Both the position numbers and the translations under genes were made by a program. Below the pieces are notes generated by a model, which saw only the letters and a list, made by a program, of their open reading frames with translations, made no database searches and had not been told where the DNA came from. Below, in pieces: positions 39,686-50,000 of a DNA stretch of 64,000 nt. Every line of letters begins with the position of its first letter. The first letter of the stretch is position 1. The DNA lies in the NCBI GenBank assembly GCA_012270795.1, contig JAAXHO010000237.1, positions 1,118 through 65,117 on the forward strand, in the 5' to 3' direction. The DNA is from Candidatus Poribacteria bacterium (lineage in GTDB: Bacteria > Poribacteria > WGA-4E > WGA-3G).

Positions 39686-39751
39686 CAGAATACGCCAAAT
39701 CAAGAAATCAACGGTATGAATGCTATATAGCATTCCTCGTGTGGTATTCTG
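39686..39751. repeat. Hairpin element sharing a module with the 33.0-kb repeats
   Basis: Arms GCAGAATAC / GTATTCTGC enclose AAATCAAGAAATCAACGGTATGAATGCTATATAGCATTCC. This is the same 40-bp module as 33079-33118, including the palindrome GAATGCTATATAGCATTC. Confidence 0.7.
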
Positions 39752-39816
39752 CATTGGTTAGGAAACCGCACCTACTAGGTGTTTTGTAGCACAACTAAAA
39801 GTTGGTGTTATACCAT

Positions 39817-39908
39817 TTCCGTAGGTCGGGTAGAGTGCAGCGAAACCCGACGTGTATTGATTGTGGTTATCCTGTCGGGTTTCGCTGCGCTCTACCCGAC
39901 CTACGGAA
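39817..39908. repeat. Near-perfect hairpin with 35-bp arms, MITE/REP-like
   Basis: TTCCGTAGGTCGGGTAGAGTGCAGCGAAACCCGAC and its reverse complement (one mismatch) enclose a 22-bp loop. The element is flanked by the imperfect direct repeats AAAGTTGGTGTTATA (39798-) and AAATTGGTGTTACA (39930-). Confidence 0.75.
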
Positions 39909-39998
39909 GAATGGAATAAAAATAATTAAAATTGGTGTTACAAAAATGTCCCAATAATTTCAATAATTCACCATAGTATTGTTTTTTGTGTGCGTAAT

Positions 39999-40481
39999 CT
40001 ATGATGCAATTATTTCAAGTAATTTTTGTTTGAAATTTTCTTGTGATAGTTGTTCCCATTTTTTGAGAAATGTTTGATAGTCTGTATTACGATTTTTGCG
40101 GGTGCGTGCGATTAGTGTCTCAATTCCAGACAAAGTAGAAGTTTCATGGTTTTCTTTATACTCAGTCAGCGTTTCCAACACAACATCGTTATCATGAATG
40201 TCCCCAAGTATATCTTGTAGTTCAATAAGAGTTGTGAGAAAATCGTGGAATTTTTTATCATAGTTGATAGCAAGAAACTCCATTGTGTACCGCAGTCTTT
40301 TAATTGAAATCCGCATGTTGTGTAGTTCTTCACGTTGTTCAGGATTGTGGATAAATTGTTCCCAACTGTATACCTCTTGAACCTTTTGTGGCAGTATTAT
40401 AAGTGCGTTCTCGTGATAGCTGCCATTCGGATTGAGTCCTGTGATTTTGTGTGGTTTTGCCATTTCATTCATGAACCTCAA
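39999..40481 (-). CDS. CHAD-domain protein, C-terminal fragment
   Basis: It contains HNMRISIKRLRYTMEF and LQDILGDIHDNDV, the second conserved block of CHAD. It begins at a non-ATG codon directly after the stop of the upstream fragment in a different frame. Confidence 0.55.
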   Translation of the reverse strand: MRFMNEMAKPHKITGLNPNGSYHENALIILPQKVQEVYSWEQFIHNPEQREELHNMRISIKRLRYTMEFLAINYDKKFHDFLTTLIELQDILGDIHDNDVVLETLTEYKENHETSTLSGIETLIARTRKNRNTDYQTFLKKWEQLSQENFKQKLLEIIAS

Positions 40482-40938
40482 AGAACGTTAGAAATTGTGT
40501 TTCAAAATCGCTTGCATCAAGTTCAATAAACAGTGCTAACATCGGTTTTCGTGCTGCTTCCCGTTTCTGCTGTAGATGTTCAATCAAACCTTGAATATCA
40601 ACCTGTTCTGTTTCTGTGAGTGTCTGTGCCTCATTTTGAAAACGAGTGATAAGAACGTCAAGATCACGAACTGCTCCCATTGTCCGTGTGATTGTTCTTA
40701 TCTGTTTATAGTGTTTTTTGAACGGTTCTTTTTGAAAACAATTTGCAAAGTTATCCATTGCAGCACGGAGTCTTCGGGAAGCGGCACGCATATCGTGGAC
40801 GCATTTTATATTTTCCCCTTCAATTGCACCAGTCTTGTGTGACATCATCTCGTGGTAAAAACTCACGATAATTTGTCGCGCGCAAGTTTCCATGCTCTTA
40901 TCGGGGGCAATACCTTTGATTTCTATTGCTGTAGTCAT
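40465..40938 (-). CDS. CHAD-domain protein, N-terminal fragment
   Basis: It contains VHDMRAASRRLRAAMDNF, the first CHAD block. Together with 39999..40481 it gives ~310 aa, the usual CHAD size, which suggests one gene split by a frameshift. Confidence 0.55.
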   Translation of the reverse strand: MTTAIEIKGIAPDKSMETCARQIIVSFYHEMMSHKTGAIEGENIKCVHDMRAASRRLRAAMDNFANCFQKEPFKKHYKQIRTITRTMGAVRDLDVLITRFQNEAQTLTETEQVDIQGLIEHLQQKREAARKPMLALFIELDASDFETQFLTFFEVHE

Positions 40939-40953
40939 TTCGTCTACTTCTTC

Positions 40954-41904
40954 CTAAAAGAGGAAAATTTTTGCTAACAGAAAATATGTGAAAATCCCTA
41001 TGACATCAATTGCCGTTGTAACAAATGGTCCTGTTGCAACTGCGGGGTCAATATGGATACGTTTGAAAAACATCGGAATGATTGTTCCCACGGTTGCTGC
41101 AATCACCATGTTCACGAAGATAGCAAGTGCAACGACAAGTGGCAATTTCCATGCATACTCCCGAAAGTGGGGGAACAGACTTGCAAACCCTCCGAGTAAA
41201 ACACCGTAAGCTGTTCCGAGTAATGCCCCTGTGCTAAATTCACGCCATAGTACTCGCCATGTGTCCTTGATGTCAACCTCACCGATTGCGATACTTCGCA
41301 CAATAATGGTAGAGGATTGTGTGCCGATATTTCCTCCCATTCCCATGATGATGGGGATAAATGCGGCTAAAGCTGCAATCGTTTTTAATTCCTCTTCAAA
41401 AATTCCTATGATATAGACAGCAAGTAGCCCTCCTCCAAAACTTGCCAGTAGCCAAGGTAAACGTGCCCGGGTATTCCTAAAGATGGAACGTGATGTGATA
41501 TCCAAATCACCAGTGCCTGCCATCTTCAGCATATCTTCTGTATTTTCTTCCCGAATGACATCTACAACATCGTCAATGGTAACAATACCGACCAGTTGTC
41601 CAATACTATTGATGACTGGAATAGCGAGTAAGTTGTAACGCGCCACCGCACGTGCGACTGTTTCTTGTGGCATGTCAGTGTGAACAGTATAAAGGTTCGT
41701 TGTCATCAAGTTTTTGAGTGGTGTATCTGGTTTTGTTTGCACTAATTGCCGTAATGATAGGACACCTTTTAGTTTATTTTCATCATCAACGACATAGACG
41801 TAGAAAGTGATCGGGGGTATTTCTACTTCGGTGAGTTCGCGAATCATCTCGGTAGCTTCATCTGTTGTCGTTTCTTCACGTAATGCGAAGTAGTTCGGTG
41901 ACAT
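40954..41904 (-). CDS. mgtE: Magnesium transporter MgtE, CBS pair plus transmembrane domain fragment
   Basis: CBS-domain sequence is followed by 5 transmembrane helices typical of MgtE. It is separated by 41 nt (not a multiple of 3) from the MgtE_N fragment upstream, with C5/G5 runs in the gap. Confidence 0.75.
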   Translation of the reverse strand: MSPNYFALREETTTDEATEMIRELTEVEIPPITFYVYVVDDENKLKGVLSLRQLVQTKPDTPLKNLMTTNLYTVHTDMPQETVARAVARYNLLAIPVINSIGQLVGIVTIDDVVDVIREENTEDMLKMAGTGDLDITSRSIFRNTRARLPWLLASFGGGLLAVYIIGIFEEELKTIAALAAFIPIIMGMGGNIGTQSSTIIVRSIAIGEVDIKDTWRVLWREFSTGALLGTAYGVLLGGFASLFPHFREYAWKLPLVVALAIFVNMVIAATVGTIIPMFFKRIHIDPAVATGPFVTTAIDVIGIFTYFLLAKIFLF

Positions 41905-41945
41905 GATTGCCCCCGCTGTTTTCTCCTCGTATTCAAGGAGATGTT

Positions 41946-42341
41946 CTATGCCTTCAGAATTTTCTCCTTCAATGAAAGTAAGTAGTTCATCTTTTTTTCT
42001 TCTGGTAAATCAGAGAGGATGCGTGTGACATCGTCTGCTTCCATAGTTCGCAGGACATTTGCTACGACCTCCGCTTCTGTTTCTGCAACAAACTCATTGA
42101 TTTCTGTACTGTTCAGTTCACTTAAGACCTCTCCCATCCGTTTTTCTTCAATTAGAAGTGTGGAAAGGTTATTTTTTTCTTCAGTCCGTAGGCGCGGAAA
42201 CCATCGTGCAATGTCTGCTGAATGCGTTTTAGCAATGATATTACGCAGATTTGGGAAGGCACGCCGTTGAATCAACCGAACAACGGTAGAGATAAACAGT
42301 TCATCAACATCGTGTGTTGTAATGATTGTTTGTCCATCCAT
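41946..42341 (-). CDS. mgtE: MgtE N-terminal domain fragment
   Basis: MDGQTIITTHDVDELFISTVVRLIQRR...LPEEKK is an MgtE_N helical domain. The start is set at the internal ATG (complement 42339-42341), 11 nt after the aroC stop. The tracked ORF extends into aroC. Confidence 0.7.
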   Translation of the reverse strand: MDGQTIITTHDVDELFISTVVRLIQRRAFPNLRNIIAKTHSADIARWFPRLRTEEKNNLSTLLIEEKRMGEVLSELNSTEINEFVAETEAEVVANVLRTMEADDVTRILSDLPEEKKMNYLLSLKEKILKA

Positions 42342-42352
42342 GTGATTATCTC

Positions 42353-43426
42353 TTATGATTTTGCCTTGTGTCGGAGCAGATGGTCTGTTAGTACAAGTGC
42401 TGCCATCGCTTCTACAATAGCAGGCGCGCGTACTAACACACACGGATCATGCCGTCCGCTTGCTTGTAGTGTCACCTCGTTTCCATCTTTATCCACAGTC
42501 TGTTGCGGTTTCCCGATTGTTGCTGTCGGCTTGAAAGCGACTTGGAACACGATATTTTCTCCGTTTGTAATACCTCCCTGTGTGCCACCAGAATTGTTTG
42601 TGCGTGTACGAATTTGCCCAGAATCATTATAGAATTCATCGTTGTGTTCAGAGCCTGTCATTGTAATACCATCAAAACCTGACCCAATTTGAAAACCCAT
42701 TGTTGCTGGTAGAGACATCATCGCCTTTGCTAAATCGGCTTTGATTTTATCAAAAACGGGTTCACCGAGACCTACAGGCACATTACGGCAAACCGATTCG
42801 ATGATGCCACCAAGGGAGTCTTGGTCGCGTCGTGCTTGATCAATACGTTCCGCCATTTTTGGGCTCACGATTGGGTCGGGACATCGGACTGGACTTGCTT
42901 CAATCTCCTGGAGTGTCACGGTATCAGTATCCACTGTGGCTTTGAGCGTATGAATTTGTTTGACATAGGCGAGTGTTTCCGTTTCATTATGTTTGTGTAG
43001 TATCTGCTTTGCGATTGCCCCCGCTGCGACGCGTCCGATGGTTTCTCTTGCGCTTGCTCTGCCGCCGCCTTGCCAGTTGCGTATCCCATATTTCTGTTGA
43101 TAGGTATAATCCGCGTGTGAGGGACGGTATAGGTTTTTCAGGTGTTCATAAGCAGCGGGGCGCGCGTCCTTGTTCCACACCAGCATGGAGATAGGTGTTC
43201 CGAGGGATTTGCCTTCAAACACACCAGAGAGTATTTCAACGACATCTTCCTCCTGCCGCGGTGTCGTGAGATGGCTTTGTCCCGGTCTCCGACGATTGAG
43301 TTCGAATTGTATTGCGTCTTTATCAATATCAATCTGTGGGGGACATCCATCAATCACTACACCGACTGCTCCGCCATGCGATTCGCCCCAAGTTGTAATC
43401 CGAAATAGATGGCCGAATGTGTTCAT
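42353..43426 (-). CDS. aroC: Chorismate synthase
   Basis: The 357-aa ORF begins [30 protein letters not shown] and carries the conserved chorismate synthase motifs. Confidence 0.9.
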   Translation of the reverse strand: MNTFGHLFRITTWGESHGGAVGVVIDGCPPQIDIDKDAIQFELNRRRPGQSHLTTPRQEEDVVEILSGVFEGKSLGTPISMLVWNKDARPAAYEHLKNLYRPSHADYTYQQKYGIRNWQGGGRASARETIGRVAAGAIAKQILHKHNETETLAYVKQIHTLKATVDTDTVTLQEIEASPVRCPDPIVSPKMAERIDQARRDQDSLGGIIESVCRNVPVGLGEPVFDKIKADLAKAMMSLPATMGFQIGSGFDGITMTGSEHNDEFYNDSGQIRTRTNNSGGTQGGITNGENIVFQVAFKPTATIGKPQQTVDKDGNEVTLQASGRHDPCVLVRAPAIVEAMAALVLTDHLLRHKAKS

Positions 43427-43620
43427 TTTTTTATATTCCGATAAGTGTAATTTGTGGTGTAAACCATCATTTTTGCGTGTATATTTACCTAACTTGTGAT
43501 ATACTATAGCAGATTGTCATTCAATATGCAAGCAATTTGATGGTAGCATTCGTATCACTCACCTACTGCGGTATGTCTACAGCGAATTTCATAAATGCAA
43601 TTTTGTCCAAATTCACCGTA

Positions 43621-43650
43621 TCTCGTGTCCGGTAAATCGGGGTTAGAAAC
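43621..43650. repeat. Solo half-copy of the core arm of the 16.7-kb and 52.7-kb palindromic element
   Basis: ATCGGGGTTAGAAACCTCTCCTAC is a diverged single arm of ATCGGGGTTAGAAACCCCTCCAACAA. Confidence 0.5.
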
Positions 43651-43706
43651 CTCTCCTACGATTTATGTGATAGGTTGTATATTTTCCTGAATTATTATTG
43701 GGATAG

Positions 43707-44411
43707 ATGATGGAATTGTTTAAACGTTATTTTGCGTTATTATTAATTTTTATTGGGATCGCGTTCTTGTGGGATACAGTGGTAATGTATCCGCTCAAGA
43801 TTTTTGTAGTGTTTATGCACGAAATTAGTCATGGGTTGGCAGGTGTTGTCACCGGTGGCAAATTCGGTGAATTTCAGGTTAATCCTCAACAGGGTGGGCA
43901 TGCATATACTTATGGTGGATCCAAGTTTTGGGTGTTAACTGCAGGTTACCTTGGTAGTCTGATATGGGGTGGTATTATCCTGCTTTTGGCAGCAAGAACA
44001 CGTTTTAGCAAAGCGGTGAGTGTGTTGATAGGTATCGGCATGGTAGCGATAACTATCGGTTTTGGTTCCAATCTGTTTACCTATCTGTTTGGTATCGGTT
44101 TTGGAGTAGCACTCATTCTTTTTGGTATGTTTTTGCCGGTGATTGTGAATGAATGGGTCCTACGAATTATCGGTATCACAAGTTGTCTTTATGCGATTCT
44201 TGACATAAAGAGCGATGTTTTAGACCGGTCACATTTACGTTCAGATGCTCGGATGTTGTCAGAAATAACACCCCCTTCCACAGAGATGTGGGGTATAATA
44301 TGGATAGTCATTGCCATTGGATTAACCTTCTGGTTTCTCTACATTGCTGGGAAATCTCCCGCTTCTGCTAAGGTAGAAAGTGCAGACAATGTTACTATGC
44401 CTGAGGTTTAA
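43707..44411 (+). CDS. Polytopic membrane protein with a HExxH motif (M50B-like putative zinc metalloprotease)
   Basis: The 234-aa ORF has about 6 transmembrane helices, with FMHEISHGLAG inside the first cytoplasm-proximal helix, as in the Peptidase_M50B-like family. Confidence 0.55.
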   Translation: MMELFKRYFALLLIFIGIAFLWDTVVMYPLKIFVVFMHEISHGLAGVVTGGKFGEFQVNPQQGGHAYTYGGSKFWVLTAGYLGSLIWGGIILLLAARTRFSKAVSVLIGIGMVAITIGFGSNLFTYLFGIGFGVALILFGMFLPVIVNEWVLRIIGITSCLYAILDIKSDVLDRSHLRSDARMLSEITPPSTEMWGIIWIVIAIGLTFWFLYIAGKSPASAKVESADNVTMPEV

Positions 44412-44497
44412 TTTTGAATATATTTCCAGTATTTAGCGTGAATTTGGCAGGAAACACAAGTGCCTATAAAAGACACTTGTGTGTAAAAAAGAAATTA

Positions 44498-44965
44498 TCA
44501 TTCTGCTTTCAACTCTCCCCATCGAATACTCAACTTCCCTGAGGAGAATACCGAAAGAGGCCCCGCTATCCAATAGGGATCGTAGTCACTTCCAGACAAA
44601 TGCTTGGTAAGGTTTGTCAACTTACGTGTATCCAAGTCATACCGGTAAATGTCAGAAAACGTCTCCTCAACTGTATAGTCTGCCCTCAAAGAGAGTAAAA
44701 CAGTACTATCATCGCCCATCCAGCACATACGGTTAGATATGGTTGTCTTTCCCGGAAACCGATGTTCTTCACTACGTTTAGTGAGTGTATCAATAACGAA
44801 CAAACGCATCGCAACAGCCCCTGTGAATATATCATGTGTTCGTTCCTGTTCGCTATAGATAATGTATCTCCCCGATGGAGACCAATGTGGTGTTCCACGG
44901 AAAAAATGGATCGGTTTTGCTTGTGTTAACCGTTTCTTTGGACGACCATCATCCGTATCCATCAC
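44498..44965 (-). CDS. TolB-like beta-propeller (WD40-like repeat) protein, C-terminal fragment
   Basis: It has PD-G-..-IVY / LT repeats. It starts at a GTG overlapping the stop of the upstream fragment by 4 nt, in a different frame. Confidence 0.5.
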   Translation of the reverse strand: MMDTDDGRPKKRLTQAKPIHFFRGTPHWSPSGRYIIYSEQERTHDIFTGAVAMRLFVIDTLTKRSEEHRFPGKTTISNRMCWMGDDSTVLLSLRADYTVEETFSDIYRYDLDTRKLTNLTKHLSGSDYDPYWIAGPLSVFSSGKLSIRWGELKAE

Positions 44966-45525
44966 CCAAATGTTATCGCCCTCTGCCCTTCATGATGATA
45001 CACGATCTGCTTACCATCAGGAGACAAATCCATGCTCTTTGTCCATTCACTCACTATGTTATCTGTCAGCTGCTTTAAGTTACCACTCGCTAAGTCCAAT
45101 ACATAAATATTCCATATACCCGAACGGACACTGTTGAATGCTAACAATCTCCCATCTCGAGACAAAGCAGGAAATTGATCAGTCGGATGGTTCTCCATAA
45201 ATATGCGCTCTTCACTGGTTTTTATATCAAGAATTAAGAATGCTGAATTAGAACCAACCCGTTCTCCGCGCGTGAAATCTCTAACAAATACAACCTCTCT
45301 CCCATTAGGAAGCCAACTCGGTTCGCTATCCCAATACTCTGAATGTGAAACTTGTTTTACATTACTGCCGTCGTCCTCCATTACAAAGAGTTTTAAGTTC
45401 GGATCGTCTCCGCGTCTGGAGGAGAAAACAATTTTTGACTCTAAAATACAAACACTCAGATGGAGCAAGATTAGACAAAATATACACAACTTGATTTTCA
45501 TAAATAGCTTCCTTTTCAAAGGCAT
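44962..45525 (-). CDS. TolB-like beta-propeller protein, N-terminal fragment with signal peptide
   Basis: A signal peptide (MPLKRKLFMKIKLCIFCLILLHLSVCILES) is followed by TolB-like propeller blades (SPDGKQIVYHH). With 44498..44965 it makes ~340 aa. Confidence 0.55.
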   Translation of the reverse strand: MPLKRKLFMKIKLCIFCLILLHLSVCILESKIVFSSRRGDDPNLKLFVMEDDGSNVKQVSHSEYWDSEPSWLPNGREVVFVRDFTRGERVGSNSAFLILDIKTSEERIFMENHPTDQFPALSRDGRLLAFNSVRSGIWNIYVLDLASGNLKQLTDNIVSEWTKSMDLSPDGKQIVYHHEGQRAITFG

Positions 45526-46028
45526 AAGAGTTACCTACACAACCGATGAAAATGAATAGGAGCGCGAGTGCAGGGTTATTTATGGTAAATTATTGAAATA
45601 ATTTACCATAAATAACCCTGGCGCGAGTGCGATTAGGGTTGACTTGAACTTAAACATTTTTTATCTCCTTTTGGCACTACATATTGGTGCCTGATTTTGA
45701 ATCAACGTCTGGGACGTTGGTTTTCCCTGCTGATTGATAATCAACTACTGGTGGAACGTTAGGAGATGTACTTTATTTTAGCACGTCTCCTGTTTGTGTG
45801 TAAACGAAAAACAAATAATAAGTCGTTGAAACGGTTATATAGTCCTTTGCTATGTAGCAGAGACACCGAATTGCGAAAATTTAGATATTTGCATGGTCTT
45901 TTCCGCGTCTTCAGTGTCATCCGCGAATTCCGTGATTCAGACAACAAAAGGGAGCAAAACTTTTTACACATCCCCAAACTATACATATCCTTGATATTTT
46001 CAATCAAACCTGCTATTATTTAATCACG

Positions 46029-46958
46029 ATGGAAACTTCAAACATCTCACTCAGCGTGAATATTGGCGGGATACGAATGCGGAATCCTGTGATGACTGCG
46101 TCTGGCACTTTCGGGTATGGCAGTGAATACGCGGATTTCGTTGACCTGAACCGGCTCGGTGCGGTTGTTGTAAAAGGTGTTACAAGCGTGCCGTGGCCTG
46201 GCAATCCGATGGACCGCATTATGGAAACCCCGTCTGGTATGCTGAACGCGATTGGGCTGCAAAATGTAGGTGTAGATGGGTTTATTTCGGAGAAGTTACC
46301 TTATCTACGCGATTTTGATGTGCCTGTGATTGTCAATGTGTGTGGCAAAACGGTTGAGGAATATCTTATCGTTGTTGAGAAGCTTGACGATGCAGATGGG
46401 GTTGCTGGGATAGAACTCAATATCTCCTGTCCGAACTTGGATTGTGGTGGCATGAGTTTTGGTGTCGATGCCACTTTAGCACATCAACTTGTCAAAGAAG
46501 TAAGAGCGAAAACGCATTTACCGCTATTGGTGAAACTGTCCCCAAATGTTACGGATATTACTGTGATTGCCCGTGCCATTGAAGATGCTGGAGCGGATGC
46601 GCTCTCTGCGATTAATACCTTACTCGGTATGGCGATCAACGCGGAGACCCGACAACCGGAACTTGCAAATATTACGGGAGGACTCTCCGGACCTGCCATC
46701 AAACCTGTCGCATTAAGATTGATTTGGGAGGTCTACAAAACCGTTTCTATTCCGATTGTTGGTATGGGGGGAATCATGAATGCGACAGACGCAGTGGAGT
46801 TTTTTATCGCAGGGGCTTCTGCAGTAGCAGTCGGAACCGCGAACTTTGTCAATCCAAAAGCATCTATAGAGGTTGTGAAAGGTATTCAGACATATCTTGA
46901 GAAGGCGAACATGAGTTCAATAAAGACATTAATTGGTAGTTTGAAAGTTAATACCTAA
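46029..46958 (+). CDS. pyrD: Dihydroorotate dehydrogenase catalytic subunit (class 1)
   Basis: The 309-aa ORF has IRMRNPVMTASGTFGYG, NISCPN and the GGI glycine-rich FMN-binding region. Confidence 0.85.
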   Translation: METSNISLSVNIGGIRMRNPVMTASGTFGYGSEYADFVDLNRLGAVVVKGVTSVPWPGNPMDRIMETPSGMLNAIGLQNVGVDGFISEKLPYLRDFDVPVIVNVCGKTVEEYLIVVEKLDDADGVAGIELNISCPNLDCGGMSFGVDATLAHQLVKEVRAKTHLPLLVKLSPNVTDITVIARAIEDAGADALSAINTLLGMAINAETRQPELANITGGLSGPAIKPVALRLIWEVYKTVSIPIVGMGGIMNATDAVEFFIAGASAVAVGTANFVNPKASIEVVKGIQTYLEKANMSSIKTLIGSLKVNT

Positions 46959-47048
46959 TCTACACAAATGCGAAAATAATCCTATAAGTGTCATTATAAT
47001 GATCTATATTTTGTATGTCCAATTTCTTCTAAAATAGGAGGCATCCTC

Positions 47049-50000
47049 ATGAAATCCAATATATTCCCAAAACACATAATCATTATTGTTGCGACTTTAC
47101 TGTCCGCTGCTGTTTGTTTTTCAACGTATGTTGCGAGTGCACAAGAGACCGAAGAATCGGAAATCAGTATAAAGTCGTTTGCACCTCGAGATAAGAACGG
47201 TGGCGTAGCGGATTTTCTAATAACATTATCTAAAACGATAGCTGATGAGAAACTACTTTTTACAGAACTGCCAAAAGATGCAATTAAGACCACACCTTCA
47301 CTGGAAATAAAAGCAAGGTGGATGGCACACAATCAAATTGGTATATTTTTAGAAGGCACTTTAGCTCCATTGGTTGATTACACTTTTGAGATTTCTACGA
47401 AACTGGATCCATCGGACAAATTGGTGCTTACAGGAAAGAGAGAGTTCACCTATTCAACAGCACCTTTTAAAGTTGAAAGTTCTGTGATTGAATTTCGATA
47501 TGATAAAGACCTAAAAAAAGCGAAAGGTTATGGGAACGTAACCTTTAACTATCCTGTAAGCATTGCGGGTTTAGAGGAGTTCCTTTCAATACTATCGGGG
47601 CGCGGTGATGAAATCCCTTATGTTTTCCAAAAACAGAGTCCTATAACGAAATCTGTCCTCATAGAATTTGATGATATTTTACCATTACTTGAAGGACAGT
47701 TTTTGCAGGTAAAAATCGGTAAAGGATTGAAGTGTATCGGAACAGAAATCGGACTTAAAGAGGCGAGTGCTGCCCCCATTCAGCTCGCAAATATAAAAGA
47801 ACTTCGGATTAGTCGGGCAGACTATGTACAGCGAGATGGCATAGCGTACATAAGACTTAATTTCAGTTCACCTATCACACTTGAGATGTTTCAGGACCAT
47901 ATAAATATTGAACCATCTCTGCCGTTCAAGTTAGCTGCCAACCATCAGCAGTTAGAAATTTATGCAGATTTCAAATTTCGTTCCGAATATACGGTGAACA
48001 TCAAACGCGGTGTGGCTTCAGCGGACGGGTCAATATTAAGAAACACTTTTGTACGAAGACTCAATGTACCTGATCTGCATCCGAGAATCCGTTTTACAGA
48101 TGCATCCTTTTTCATGCCTCGTAAAGGGGCATTGGAGTTGAAATTAGGAACGACAAACGTCGAACAGATCGGATTTGGGATTGCAAAGATATATTCTGAC
48201 AAGTTGCCGATGCTGATTCAACAGGGCGAACTCAAGATTGAATCTCGTCTAAACGAAGAGGTTACCACGACGTTATCTCTAAAGGATTATCTGACTGATG
48301 AACATGCGGGTATGTTTAAGGTTGTGGTTCACTCTGATAGAGGCAGGAGAGGTTATACTGAGCAATTGGTTGTCATCACAGACCTCGGCATTGTGGCAAA
48401 ACGAATTGACAAAGAACTATGGGTGTGGGTCAATTCGCTTGATTCCTTAGATCCTATTCAGAAAGCGAAAGTTCAACTAATAAATAATCGTGATAAGAAA
48501 ACTTTGCTCACTGGAGAAACTGACGATGCCGGTTTTGCAAAACTCACGTTAGAAGAAGATATGCTTAAAGATAATCCGCAATTCCTGCTGACTGTTACAA
48601 AGGATAACGACTTCTCGCTTCTGCAATTACAGCGGCACCAACTTTCTACACACGGCTTCAGTATTGGTGGTATTGCATATCTAACGGATGGGAATGAAGC
48701 GTTTGCCTACACAGAGCGCGGCGTATATCGTCCGGGAGAGACAGTCAACCTTATCGGAATTGTGCGTGGTAAAAACAACGAAGTGCCGGCATCTTTGCCG
48801 TTACGGATTGACATCATGACACCATATAATTCAAAACTGCGAGAAATTCAGAAACAGACAGATAATGACGGTGTGTGCGAAGTCCAGATCCCAATCCCTG
48901 CTTATGCCCCAACAGGTTGGTATGCTGCCAATATATGGTCTGATGAAAAACAGATTGGAACCGCTCATTTTCAGGTTGAAGAGTTTGTACCTGATCGGAT
49001 GAAGGTGTCGATAACAGCGGACAAGGACGCTTACATGTTAGGGGATGAGGTCAATATAGAGGTCAATGCGGAAAACCTGTTTGGAACACCCGCAGTTGGT
49101 AGAAATGTGAGTGCGTCCTATTACCTGTCATCAACGTCTTTTGATCCACCCGAAAAATGGCAATCTTTCAATTTCTATGATGCAACCCGCACTTTCAGTC
49201 ACCAGCGGGTTCAACTGGATGCAGCGGTAACAGACATAGATGGAAAAGTTGAGTATCAGTTTACGCTGCCTGAAGACCTCAAACCCCCATCAGCACTGAA
49301 TGCCAATATTAGCACGACAGTTCAGGAACTTGGCGGACGTGCAGTTTCTGCTGCAAAACGACTTACTGTCCATCCATACTCGCATTATGTTGGCATCAAA
49401 CGCACAAAGACAGGAACAGTAAAGCGAAATGAGGAAGCTACCTTCAACTATATCGTCATTGACCCAGAAGGCAATGTTGAAGCTGGGCGTACTTTGAAGG
49501 TGACAATTTCTGCAATTGAAAGACCGCATCATTGGAGAACCCAATCAAAACCGACAGTAACGGAATTAGAATCCTATACTGTCCAATCAGAAGACGAGAT
49601 AGCGGATTTCAGTTTTACGCCCGTTGCTTATGGCGTGCATCGCGTTGAAGTTGAGGATGTTGAGGGGGGGGCAAAGGTTTCAACGCAATTCTATGTAGCG
49701 GAATGGGGCGGTGTGTCGTGGTCAAAGGAAAACCCCAATACACTTGATATGACACTTGATAAAGCAACCTATCGTCCTGGAGATAAAGCGAAGTTAACCA
49801 TTAAAGCACCTTTCTCCGGCAAGGTGTTGCTAACGATTGAACGTGAAAAGGTGCTGAGTTTCCAGACGGTCATGATTGAAGCAGATTCTGCTACATTGAC
49901 GATTCCTGTTCAGGACGATTATGGTCCAAACGTCTATCTCTCTGCAATGCTAATCCGTTCAACAACATCGTTAGAGAAGGATGCACCTGCACGAGCATTC

